Both the position numbers and the translations under genes were made by a program. Under the pieces are notes generated by a model. It saw nothing but the letters and a program-made list of their open reading frames with translations. It did no database searches and had not been told where the DNA came from. A DNA stretch of 64,000 nt, taken from the NCBI GenBank assembly GCA_032718475.1, contig JAUCBJ010001327.1:1-64000 (forward strand). Direction: 5' to 3'. Source of the stretch: Nemertoderma westbladi (lineage: Eukaryota; Animalia; Xenacoelomorpha). This document shows positions 37,801 to 49,790 of this stretch, in pieces. How positions within the stretch are numbered: the stretch's first letter is position 1; every line of letters begins with the position of its first letter.

Positions 37801-40800
37801 TATCCAGGGGTACAGATTTTTCTCGGCCAAAATGTGCGCGAGGCGCTTGAGACATTAGAAAAACGGCCTGCTCGACCGCGACCACTCCAGATGTACGCGG
37901 GAAGAACAAGAGTAGGTTGGTACTTCACTGGACCTTCCCATAGGACTTTACTAGAAAGACTCCCGAGGGAACAAGTCCACCAGGTAAACAAGTGGGAGGA
38001 AACTATAAGTGAAGAAGAAATTCCAGCTGAGGAAACTCTATACTCCTCAGATAACGACGACATATGTAATTTATATGAAGAGGAAAATACCATTGAACTC
38101 CTCACTGAGAACCAAACTTGGTTAAAACAGGTCAACTTATGTAACCTTATCAGTCAACATAGCAAACAATTGACGTATGATGATGAATTAAATGAAGCGG
38201 TAGAGCGGTATAATAGTAAAATACGCAATGAACACGCCGTACGATTCTTTACTCAAGAAGCGGTAGAGCCTAATTCCTACGATAAAGCATTATCGGTCGA
38301 GGAAGAGAGAGCCAAGCAGATTCAGGAAACAACCACACGTTATCTGAAAGATGAAGGTCGTTATGAGATTGGTCTGCCATTCCAACGGAGAGAACCCAGC
38401 TTCGTGAATAACCGACCTTTAGCGGAAAGAAGAATCGCACAACTTCATCGGCGTTTGACGGCTAACGATCGAGCCAAGGAAATGTATAAAACTCAATTGA
38501 AGAAGTTTATAGACAAGGGATATGCGGAGCGAGTTCTGGAAGAAACACCCATAACGGAGAGAATGTATTATTTGACACATCATTACGTTCCCAAGCCCAG
38601 TAAACCAAACGAAGTCCAGGTAGTGTTTGAAGGCTCCGCCCTTTATATGGGACAATCCCTAAATTCCGAACTGTTGCTGGGACCCAACTTACTTCAATCT
38701 TTGTTGGGAATATTACTACGACTGCGGCAATATTCGATCGCCTTCACTTCCGACATCGAAGGCATGTTTCTACAAGTAAAAGTGTTAGCTAGGGATCGAC
38801 ACAGCCTACGATTTCTGTGCTGGCCTGAAGGAGACCTAAACCGAAAACTGGTAGAGTACTGGATGATGATCCAGGCTTTCGGGATCGTCTCGAGCCCCTC
38901 GAACGCTTGTTCGGTAGTGCGTACCACTGACGATCACAACAGAGACGCCTTATCTAACTGGTTATTGACAACATCAAACGGGATATTTACATGGACGACA
39001 ATTTAAAGTCCCTCCCATCGGTGGAAGAAGCAATTGATGTTGCCAAGGGAATGGTAGAGTGCTTACAACGCGGTGGATTTCGTCTAACCAAATTCACTAG
39101 TAACTCCAGTGAGTTCCTGGAATCGATCCCAGTAGAAGACCGAGGTGTTAAAGACCTGGACCTCAGTAAGGACGATCTTCCAGAAACCAAAACGCTTGGA
39201 TTAAAATGGGACACAGAGAGAGATATTCTATTCTTTTAATTAAAGCAACGAGATAATCCAGTCAGAACTAAACGGATTTGTCTAAGTATCCTGAGCACTT
39301 ATTTCGATCCGTTGGGATTCATTAGCCCAGTCATACTAGTTGCTCGGAGCTTAGTACAACAAATGTGGTTCGAAAACCACTCGTGGGATGATCCAGTCAA
39401 GAGAGAACTGCTAAAGAAGTGGATGAAATGGAAAATTATTTACCATCTATCGAAAACTTTAAGATTTCCCGCTCATATTTCGGTCACGTTCTCCCCACGT
39501 ATTCCTATCAACTCCATGTTTTTGGAGACGCCAGCGATATGGGAATAGGTATAGTAGCCTACCTGAGGGTTGAAACTCCCGATGGAATTAAGGTTTCATT
39601 AGTCGCCTCTAAAGCCCTAATAAACAACAAACTGCGAGTACCCAGAGTGGAGTTAAAGGCGGCTTTATACGCTACTGCCATCGGCCGGAATGTAACGGAA
39701 CAGATCGACTATCCACTAGAGAAAACTGTCTATTGGACTGATGCTTTACTCGTTCTGGAGTATATAACTAATGAAGTCTGCCAATTCAGCGTCTTTGTTA
39801 CCAACAGAGTAGCCATTATACTCAGTCGCTCTAATATAGATCAATGGAGACATTGCCCTGGGACGATTAATCCAGCTGACATCGTTTCCAGAGGTGCACC
39901 TCCTCAAGAATTGATAGATACTCCAGACTGGTTAGGTGGACGCGACTTCCTGAGTAAAGAAGAGGAGGAATGGCCCCCTCATCTCATCACAGCGGAGATC
40001 AGACAAGCCAAGGGAGCGGAGAAAGTCAAACCGAAAACCCGGACGAGTAAATCAAAGTTATTTAAGCCAGTGATAGATCTGTCTGTGCTACATGCCTCCG
40101 GTGACGACGCTGAGGATCTAAACTCACCCGTGGATGATACCAGAGCTATAAATAAATCCGTTATAGAAATCAGGGAAAGAGACTGGAAATCTGAAACACC
40201 AGATGTCTCGCAAGGACTCTCTCCTCTCCTACAAAGAGCGATAGATCATTACAGCTCCTGGAATCGGCTTTGCAAGGCCATTGTGTATCTGAAAAGATGT
40301 TTCCATCATCACTATTCCAGGACGAAGATCGCTAGTGATACCGCTCCAGTAGTATCTGAAAAGGTCCTTGCTACTAAAGATCTTCCCACTTATAGAGTGT
40401 CTGATAAATTTCTGACTGAGAAGATCAGATACCAAGAACATGATGATACCAATAAGCAGATACTGAGACTCCTGCAATGTTACGAAGATTCTGAGTATTT
40501 CCTGTTGTTGAGAAATCCACAGATGCGCTTAAGGGATCGTTTCTCTAGCACAATGATAGGTGGGTTAATATGTGTTGGAGGGAGATTAACTAATGCGCCA
40601 TTGTCCTTTGACACTAAGTTTCCCATACTCATTAGAAATCTTGAAATACAAATCAAGATGATTGTAGATGTTCACAGTAAGCTTTACCATGCTGGTAGAG
40701 AACGAGTTCCTAGCGAAATTCGAACTCGCTATTATTTCCATAAGCCCCATAGAGATCTAAACGAAGTTCTTAGGAACTGTATACCCTGTAGGAAAGCATT

Positions 40801-41884
40801 TAGTAGGCCTTTAACACAGCGAGAGGCAGAATTACCTAGGGAACGAGTAAGCTGTTATGAACCACCCTTTACTAATACTGGTGTGGATTTATTTGGCCCT
40901 ATTGAAGTATACCGTGCTAGGACTATAGTCAAGCGATGGTGCGACATCTTTGTTTGTATGACTTGTAGAGCGATCCATCTAGATATGGTAAATGATCTAT
41001 CTACAAACAGCTTCATACTGAGCTTACGCCAACAAATCGCTCGTTTTGGGACTAGCAACACTATGAGATCTGACAAAGGAACAAATTTCATTGGCGCCAA
41101 TAACGAGATCAAAGCTTACGTAAAGGATTGGAACCAAAGACAGATGGACGATCAGCTACGAGTAACAGCATCTAGCTGGACCTTCAACACCGCCGAAGCC
41201 CCTTGGTGGGGAGGAAGTTGGGAGAGACTCATACGAATTGTGAAGACCGCATTTTACTTTATAGTGCCGTGACGAGCGTATCTCACCGACGAACTTTTGC
41301 GGACGCTAATGGAAGAAATCGCCGCCTATCTCAACGAGAGACCGCTTATGCCAGTCTCCTCTAGTCCCGACTCCCTAGGAGCGCTAACACCCGCGCATTT
41401 CCTACTAAAGAAACCTGTAGCCATGCTCCCACAATCGGAAATCACGGACGGAGATGAATACTGCCGACGAACTTGGCAACTTATGCAGTTATTATCCCGT
41501 CGTTTCGCTGACCATTTCAAAAAACATTATCTTCCTACGCTACAACTTCGAACAAAGTGGTTTGCGCAGCAAGAGAACGTCAGCGCCGGATACATGGTCC
41601 TTATCGTGGAATCAGATCTTCCCCGTAAGAGGTGGCAGACAGGTCGTATCATCGAGACTCATATATCCGATGATGGTTTAGTGCGATCGGTAGAACTCGT
41701 CGTCATGCGACGTAACTTTAAGAAACCTGGAATTGTGTTCGAAACACAACAACTTAATCGCCCGGTTGGTCGTTTATGTTTACTGGAAAGAGACCGAGAG
41801 TTGTCCGGTAACTATGGAAGGCAAGAGACTCTTCCCACGACCACCTCCCTAATCCAACAAACATCTAGGGACTCCGCAATGTAA
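34821..41884 (+). pseudogene. Gag-Pol polyprotein of element B, disrupted and missing the gag N-terminus
   Basis: Triple BEL-type knuckle (CVLCDGPH..C, CYNCLRPGH..C, CAKCGAKHHILLH), protease LLDSGS, RT YMDD (38988-38999), RNase H HVFGDAS...ELKA...YWTDA...NPAD, integrase HSKLYH/CIPC with D(GVDLFGP)-D(SDKGTNF)-E(SWERL). Several stops and frameshifts. Confidence 0.95.
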
Positions 41885-42093
41885 CAGCGTTTGGAGTGGG
41901 TGTCCCAGTGTCCTGTGATGTCACCTTATGACAACTGTCCTGTGATGTCATCAGTGATGTAATAAAGGGTTTTAAACACGGCGGGACCAGTACTAATCTG
42001 TCATTAAGTGCGCTTAGCGACCGGCAATTATTAGAAGTTAATGTCCAATTAAATGGGAACATTTGGCGCAGTCTTCAAAGCATAAATACACAA

Positions 42094-42672
42094 ATGGGTC
42101 TCTTGAAGAAAGGAAAGTCAATACCCAAGAGAAGAACAGAAGGTGATCAATGTGTGGATTCAGAAGATGGTGAACTTAATATTAAACCAGCATCGACATC
42201 AGAAGAATTAAATGAGCTACTAAAGAATGTGGAGCTGAAGGCATATTTAATAGACGAAGGTGGAAAAAACCTAAAAGACGCTGTTAGGCGACAGTTGAAG
42301 TGTTTATTTACACGAGAAATGGCGAGCCAGACTTCATTTAGTGGAAAATCATCAAAGGGTCAAAAAATATCCTTAGTTGAAATGGGCGTAGTTTCATTAC
42401 TAATGAATGTGAATAAAAAACGTGATGGGTATACAAAGGCAAACGTTGAAACGGAAATAAAGTCCGCTATACACAGAATGAGCGACAGGCGCGTTTTTGC
42501 TGTGGATAAGGTTGATGGTGAAGTGCAAACGGGAACGTCAACAGCGACGACGTTGTCGACTGGAGTCGGCGACATGATGGGAGAGGTTCATGGTGAACAA
42601 AACCAGCAGAGGAATGGGAAAACAAATAATAAGAGAGTGAGGAGCTTATCTTCATCTAGTAGTGAGGTGTAG
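42094..42672 (+). CDS. DUF4806/BEN-like domain protein or exon carried by the nested DNA transposon
   Basis: GGKNLKDAVRRQLKCLFTREMASQTSFSGK...K...VETEIKSAIHRMSDRR fits the DUF4806/BEN pattern seen in animal EnSpm accessory genes. The start codon is uncertain. Confidence 0.65.
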   Translation: MGLLKKGKSIPKRRTEGDQCVDSEDGELNIKPASTSEELNELLKNVELKAYLIDEGGKNLKDAVRRQLKCLFTREMASQTSFSGKSSKGQKISLVEMGVVSLLMNVNKKRDGYTKANVETEIKSAIHRMSDRRVFAVDKVDGEVQTGTSTATTLSTGVGDMMGEVHGEQNQQRNGKTNNKRVRSLSSSSSEV

Positions 42673-43149
42673 ATGTAGAAATGGGCCGAAACTGTGAAAT
42701 CTTATAAGATATAAGATTATACAGTATTTGGTAATGGAAATATTATGTAACTATTTAGGTGCAAGAGGGTGTATAATCTTGTGTGATGCTGATGACATGG
42801 TATATAATACATTTAAGTGTAATTTTCTTGTATTTGTAATAATTCTTTAATGAAAAAATAAAACTTGTCTTTTTGTCTTATATGGCCCTTTTATTTATTA
42901 TTTTCTTATAAATAATCTTTCAATGGTGAGAATGGTTTACATACCATAGTATAATAATATATAATAAATACGTTAAATATTACAAATTGAAAGATATACT
43001 ATTATTCAAAAAATCTGATTTATCATTAACTTTGGTTTTATAATCCTATATTCCCTTGTTCTATCTTCGTTTAAGACCCATAAGAAGAGACTCCTATAAG
43101 AGCCACTGTATAGAGAAAACGCATTGCATAGGTACTTTGACTTGGTACT

Positions 43150-43575
43150 TTGATTTTTCGTCCTACCAGACAAGCACCAATAATCATAGTTGTGTTACCA
43201 CATATGATTTTTATCGAGTTGTATCGTGATCAGCGACCTCGAAAACCAGTATATCTTCAGAATTAGCAAACCAAAGGCAAAATTTAACAGTTTATAATTT
43301 TGTGCACTTGTACTTTTCGTTCTGGGTCACCAGAATGGCACCAAAATTGGGTTTGCATTACCAGAAATATTTATAACTAGTTCATCGTGATCAGCGACCT
43401 CGAAAACCTGTATACGTTCAGAATTATCAAACCAAACACAAAATTGTTTAGTTTGACATTTTTTAACTTGTAGTTTTCGTCCTGGGGACCAAAATAGAAC
43501 CAAAAGTTATGGTTACCTTGCCAGATAATATTGTTAACAAGTTTTATCGTGATCAGCGACCTCGAAAACCCTTAT
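43150..43575. repeat. Three ~160-bp tandem units inside the nested transposon
   Basis: Invariant core ATCGTGATCAGCGACCTCGAAAACC at ~43223, ~43384 and ~43546. Confidence 0.85.
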
Positions 43576-44326
43576 AACCCGGGCCAGATGTTGGGAGTGG
43601 GGGGGGGGGGGGTAGACCTGACAATATTTAATGCGCATCACAGGCTTCACGCATTCCCCACGCACCACAATCGCATGCGCACAACGGACGCGTTACGCAT
43701 GCGTATCGCAGCCCAATGCGGGTGACACTTTCCACATGCGATACGCATGCGTTTTTTGTGCGTGACCCGCATGCGTATCGCATGAGAATTTTTGACTGGG
43801 GTGTGACTACATTATTTTATTTTTTTTATTTTTATATTTATGTATGCATTATTATGTAATTTTTATTAATATAATCGTTTTCTTTAATTTTATTTAGTAG
43901 AATAATATTTTAACGATTATTCAGTAGATTAGTGCAATATATTCGTGTTTTATTACTTAATTACTTAGTATAATATATTTCGTTTAACGGCGAGAAATAA
44001 TTCATTTTCTCTTTCCTTACTGTCCGTATCATACTATAAATACGTGACTACAGTAAGATGAAATGTCAGTACTTATTAAAGTACAATATACCGCCCCTAC
44101 TATACTTAAGTATTATTGGTAAGTAGAGTATTAGGAATGTAAAGTTCAGATCCTCGTGTCTCGGCTAAACCAAGCTCTGGGTAGACCTTGGAAACGACTT
44201 GCCTCTTCTCACTGACATTGCTTCTTGCAATATTGCTCTCATACCGTATCTTAAATAATACATATAGTAGAATGATGTCCATTTAACAGTAGCGTTGAAA
44301 CGCAAAAATAAATCTGTTAAACCCTT

Positions 44327-44695
44327 TGACCATCTGAAATTCTAGTCGATTAAGATATCGCGGCACCCACCGATATACTTGAAAGACAAAATTCTAGAAT
44401 CAGTGGTTAACGTCCCCAGACATGTTCTGGAATAAATCGGTGCCCATCCTAAATATTAAATATTTGATAAATATTTACAATGTTTGTTATAACAAATGTT
44501 GAAATAGAGGAAATACTAACAAATTAAATTTGAAATTTTATAAATAAATCTGTTAACCTTTGATCCTCTAAAATTCTAGTCTATTAAGATATCGTAGTAC
44601 TTACCGATACTCTTAAAAGGCAAAATTCTGGAATTAAGGATCCTAGTCCCCAGACATGAGCTGGAATAAAATTGTGTCTATCTTAATATCAAATA
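44327..44695. repeat. Two diverged ~140-bp direct repeats in the pol-ORF3 spacer
   Basis: AATAAATCTGTTAA...AAATTCTAGTCKATTAAGATATCG...GTCCCCAGACATG..CTGGAATAAA at 44327 and 44543. Both copies are also present in element C at ~56620-56930. Confidence 0.85.
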
Positions 44696-45493
44696 ATCAA
44701 ATTCATGGGAATAAATTTTGAATTCATATCCTCTCATGAATTTAATAAATTGTCATTTTATGCAATTTATAAACATTCCCAAAATTCCATTAATTAATAG
44801 ATCACGGGAGCGGAGATTCACCCTATTAAGTATATCAGTGTGAGAGAATCTCCAGTGTATAGTCAATAGCCGATAAAATTCATAAAATCATGTATAAGGG
44901 GAATATTGACAATTAAAGAATCACTATTAAATAGCATCCCAGATCTGTATGCATGAGAAATACCCTATTTCTACCGCTAGCTTTGCATAATGTCACCATA
45001 GTAACAACCACGCTAGAATTAGAAGTGAGATAAAAGAACAATAGAAAGCTTGCCCCATTGAATAGCATGCGGAATAAATAGCACCTTGCTAGTATCTAGG
45101 GATACATAATAATAATGTGACATTCTGGAAGGCATTTGACTAACAGACAAATGGCCCTAATTTGTACAAATTGTGGCAGGAATGTGGAATTTGTGTATTT
45201 ATAGGTGAATGTTACTACTAAAGTGTGTTTACAGTAGCGAGTCGCAATTGTGAAAGTTACTCTGCATCTGTAGCAAGTACCTCCAGTATATCCAAGCCCT
45301 TGGGACGGACAGTGGAGTGACTCGTGCTGGTTATTGTTGTTGTTGTGTAGCTACTACGTTGGCGAGAGGCACAGCTACGACAGTACATCAGCGCTGAGGA
45401 TCTCACGCTGTCTGGGGGCATAGAGGGGGAGGCAGCGACGACCGCTAGCCTTATTATTAGTAACTATAATATCGATAAACTCATATAACAGCT

Positions 45494-48400
45494 ATGACTG
45501 AGTTGATAGAAGGTGATCTTGGTATCAGGGAGCGATATACCCTACCACTGCAAGCGTTTGTTGATAGTTTGATAAGCGGCGACGCTAGTCAACATACGAC
45601 GGAAGACGATGGCCGTTATATCGAACCGCCAATGTCAAAGGAACAGCTCAAGCGTGAATTAGACTATCGGAAATTCACAGCTCGCTATACGCATCGTAAT
45701 GGTACGTATATGGACTTCTTAACTACTGGTCATCCTATCGATTTACACGATACTGACGATGTAGACACCAAAAGGGAAATGATTCTATTTAAATATCATG
45801 CCCAGCGGAGTAGGAATGATAAACTGAGAATTGAACATGAAAATTCTATTCGAAACCGACTCGAAAGAGAAGATGTTGAAGAACCGGATAAACATAGTGA
45901 TTTCAATGAATATTTAGAATTCTTGAGAGAAACTTATCTCAATGTAGCTAGTCAACAAAATCTAGAAACTCAATATCCTCAAGGTATACATCATAACCCT
46001 ATGGTAGAACTCAAACGACTCTATTTTACTATGACGTATCTTACCGCCAATCGACCGCTACCTGTTGTCCCGGATAGCTTCGAACAGATGGAGGAATATT
46101 GTAAAACTGGAGAAAGATCACCAGCGTTTCCCTTACAAGACATGCGTCTTTGGTATTACTGCGATGAATGCCCTAGACCCAATCAACAAACGGAAAGACA
46201 TAAAAATCCGCGGAGACGTTGCGCTAAACACAGTTTTACTCGCTATACTTAAGGGAGTTTTGAGCGAAACTTATTCGACGCATCACCTACGCTCGCTCGC
46301 TCAACTCAATCCTTAAATAAACCTATGATCAGAGTTCCGGAATACTCGGTCAGACCTCCTCATTCCCTGGTGCGACCTCAGACTCTTGATCCTAATAGTA
46401 TGACAGATCCTCCTGAATTGTACTCATTGTTCAAAGATCTAGTGTTATCCGAACAATTAGTCGGTGGCACTCCGGTTGTGGGCTCTCTAGATATTCGCCC
46501 ATCCTACCTAGCCAGATTGGGACGCGGACATCTAATATCTCTGTTCAACCCGTATAATCGTCCTGGTTTAACTCCGATACAACCTGTCACCGAGGTGGAG
46601 GAAAGTTTTGTATGAAATGCGCTAGTCGCTATTCGGCAGAAGATCGGAAAAGGAACTTACGATTGTTTAGACAAACGTAAATTGCAACAACAAGTCCAAG
46701 CGGTAAAAGAATTGGCTTTACCTCAGTTCGATCGGGAAATCCAGAATCTTGAGGAAGATATCGAACTTGGACGAACATACTCTCTACAAGAGTTCTTGGA
46801 CGAACGCTTCCAACGACAAGCGGAGGAAAATCAGCTCGAGGAGAAGCACATCGAAATGGATGAGAGAGAGGAAGCAGCTTTAGCCCAACCGGAAGCTCAA
46901 ATCCTTATGACGGATCTCTATTCCAAAACCATCATTGATCCTTCGATGGTCCCCCATTTCGGAGACAAACTCTTCGCCACGGTACAACCCCAATCGGTTG
47001 ATATCAACTTAAGATCTAGAGATCTTATCGCTGACGCTCCTATGTTACAATGTCCACCAATCGAGGCTGCTCGTGTCGACGGTATACTCGTTGAACCTCT
47101 GGACAATCGAGCGGATCTTGACCGTCGTATGGTACACGAGGTCAATCTACGCGCTAGACCTTTACCGAACTCATTTTACGGGATCAAAGATCACCCCTAT
47201 TATGTCAATTTAACTCAATATTATATGGTGAAACCGGAAGATCCTACACACAGTTTAAAGTTTCTACCATTGATAAATCCCCTTGATCTTGTTGAACTCG
47301 AACAACTACAGAAACATTTAGACCAATTGGTTAAAGTAAACTCATTCAGAAAACTTTATAATGTTTCAAGAATAGAAAAGGACATAATACCTCCGTATAA
47401 TCTCAATGGATTTATTAAAACTTGATTAGTCCATTGGAATCTCGACGTATTATTCGAGGAAGAGAGAATACAGCGATACGGAGATGCAGATACTTATACC
47501 ACGCATTATCTGAAGTATAGCGATTTACCTAATGTAAGCGAATGCGCAACTTTATGGCATCCAGTGGGTATGACCATAGAAAACGCCACCAAAGAGTGGA
47601 ACGAAACTCTTAATGTTATAGAAATGTATGGAGTTGTCACTTACGATAACGAAGGTAGCGTTCCGGTTGGAGAGCTGGGAACTACGCAAATGATACACAT
47701 ACGAGGACTAGCTGGTTCTACTCATTTATTTACTCGAGCGTGTTCCGAAGTAATCGATTATTCTTTTGAGACTCTCACAGAGATACAAAAGAAACTCCGA
47801 CATGGACAGTTCGAACTCGCACAGCGTTATGTTACCGATACCGAGCGCAAACCAGCCATGGGTATAGATGGATCTATGCTACCCCAGCCAGTGCTCGAGA
47901 TGCTGTTTGACGAGATAATCCTTAAAATTGGCTCAGCTGTTTATGGAGATCTCCAAAATGACTTCAGAAACATGGAGAATATCCCATATCCTTTCGTAGA
48001 CACCCAGCTGATTGCACCCTGGGCAGATGGCCGAGGTTTCTTCCGAACCATGTATGCCAATACATCAAGCAGAATCAATAAAGTACAAAGAACCTCTATC
48101 GGACATCTTGCCTTCCAAGAATACGGATGGAATTTCAAAGTTGGAAATCCTGTCAGTTATCAACAAATATATGGAGACCATTATTCTCGATTATATTTTG
48201 ACAGACCATTAACCGCACCTGGAGTCGTCTATAGCTTTATGAGTGTTCCACTCCGTCCCTCATTAGCTATCATCACCCTCACTAGCTTCGAGAACGCCGC
48301 ACTTGCCGGTTGGCTAGCCGATGTGTGCAGTCGCACTATACGTGCTCATCCCTTAGTGCTTGGAACCAAACTCGCCAAGCTAGATGAACACAATAAATTC

Positions 48401-49713
48401 ATCCGATTCGAATGCTTTAGGCGCTTTCTGACTCCGTTCCGCAACATTGATAGTCAGTTCAAGACTCAGAGACTAAGCTGCTGAGAAGTTGGACAGCGCT
48501 GGATTTGCCATTTTTAAGGACGTTTGTATACAGAACCTACATTCGTCTGTCATACAAAGACCCCGAATCCCCACTGGTTATTCTATTGTGGAAGTTCAAA
48601 CAGTGGGTTCACTTGAAGAAACAGCTGCACCTGGAAGAAGAACCAATTTGCTTGGAATCCGAAGAGATTCAACCCACAGCCCCCAGGAGTAGCGACAATG
48701 ATTATGTGTTGGAATGGTATCAGGGTCCACAATGTCTCACGGCATATGATTATCGGCATGCCAATTACAATTCTAGGAAACGTTGCCGATTATGTGCATC
48801 ACGAGACCACTTTACCCCGGTGGACTCCAGCGAACCCTGCTCCTACTTTAAAGAGCAACATATTATGGAGATTTATTGTGCGTATTGTTGACTCAACAAT
48901 CTACACATCTTTGCCGCCTGTCCTCAATTTATGACTCAATGTCACCATTGTCAGTTCAAAGGACATGCAAGTTTCGATTGCCCTTTCAACCGAGATCTGG
49001 AGAGCGTAGACGAAACAGTTACCCTGCATTTCATCAGAGCTTGGGAAGCTAACGCGGATCTCCATTGCGAATCACGTCACCGATACTATCCAGGACGTGC
49101 GTATGAAGGAGTCTATGCGTTTCACCCATACCTCTTTGCATCCGTCGAACAAAATTCTCGCATTCGCAGTTACGAACTGATGAAGCGTGTTGGCAAGAAT
49201 ATTTCAACTAAATATGTTCATAAATATCTTAGGAATATTAATCCCAATAACCTGAATTCCTATAACTTGATTAACTTCATCCGTCAAGATCAGGAATACG
49301 GCGACTTGTTCATAAACTCGCATGCTGAATTACAAGAAATTCATAGACGACCCTATGAATATAAAGCCAGAGAACGCGAATTAGAGAGAACAATTAAACC
49401 GCGGAAATTTCTCACTACACATGGTCAACCTACCGCTGTCGTACAAACGACCCATCAAGGACCGGTAAGAGCTGCCATCCTGAAACGAGCTCTAAAGGTT
49501 GTTCGCCCTCGTTCCACCGATGTTGATATCGATCAACCGGGTACCTCGACCGGCGGATACACCGACCGTAATCCAAAACCTTCTGATGCAATCGCATTGC
49601 ACCCTTCCCCCAGGAGTTATAGCCCTCCTAGTAAAGTGGCTCACCCCAAAGAGAAAAAGACTCGTACTAGTCTCAAAAAACATCATAAACGCCGTTCATG
49701 AAAGAAGGACTAA
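45494..49713 (+). pseudogene. Accessory ORF3 of element B, ~1400 codons: unknown N-terminal domain, DEDDy 3'-5' exonuclease-like domain, CCHC knuckles, basic tail
   Basis: ORFs at 45494, 46325, 46682 and 47564 share one frame, separated by single stops (46250, 46613, 47423). One frameshift lies between 48454 and 48482. ORFs 48505 and 48931 share a frame with a single TGA at 48889. Element C has sense codons at the positions of the stops at 46250, 46613 and 49699. Confidence 0.88.
47630..48260 (+). other. WRN/EXD2/Mut-7-like DEDDy exonuclease domain within ORF3
   Basis: ExoI VVTYDNEG (D at 47645, E at 47651); LPQPVLEMLFDEIILKIGSAVYGD (ExoII D at 47948); FVDTQLIA; SIGHLA...K; RPLTAPGVVYSFMS (ExoIII Y at 48230, expected D is S). 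Confidence 0.75.
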
Positions 49714-49790
49714 TAGTTTAGAGTATTTTTGTATTTTAGAAACTGTGATTTTTATATTTTAAGAACTTAAATCCCATTTTCTGGGAGCGG

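Larger units (their letters stand above)
41904..43800. mobile_element. CMC/EnSpm-like DNA transposon derivative inserted just after the pol stop of element B
   Basis: CCCAGT...ACTGGG ends. Comparison with the empty site in element C (57426-57442) implies a 2-bp GT duplication. GCATGCG-rich subterminal repeats at 43670-43790. Confidence 0.8.

Noticed and set aside
45195-45240. TATA box (TATTTATA) for an ORF3 internal promoter
   Set aside because: Not conserved in element C, which reads CGTTTGTA at the aligned site.
45494-49713. ORF3 as an env/glycoprotein
   Set aside because: No signal peptide, transmembrane helix or Cys-rich ectodomain is visible. Exonuclease and knuckle motifs are present instead.
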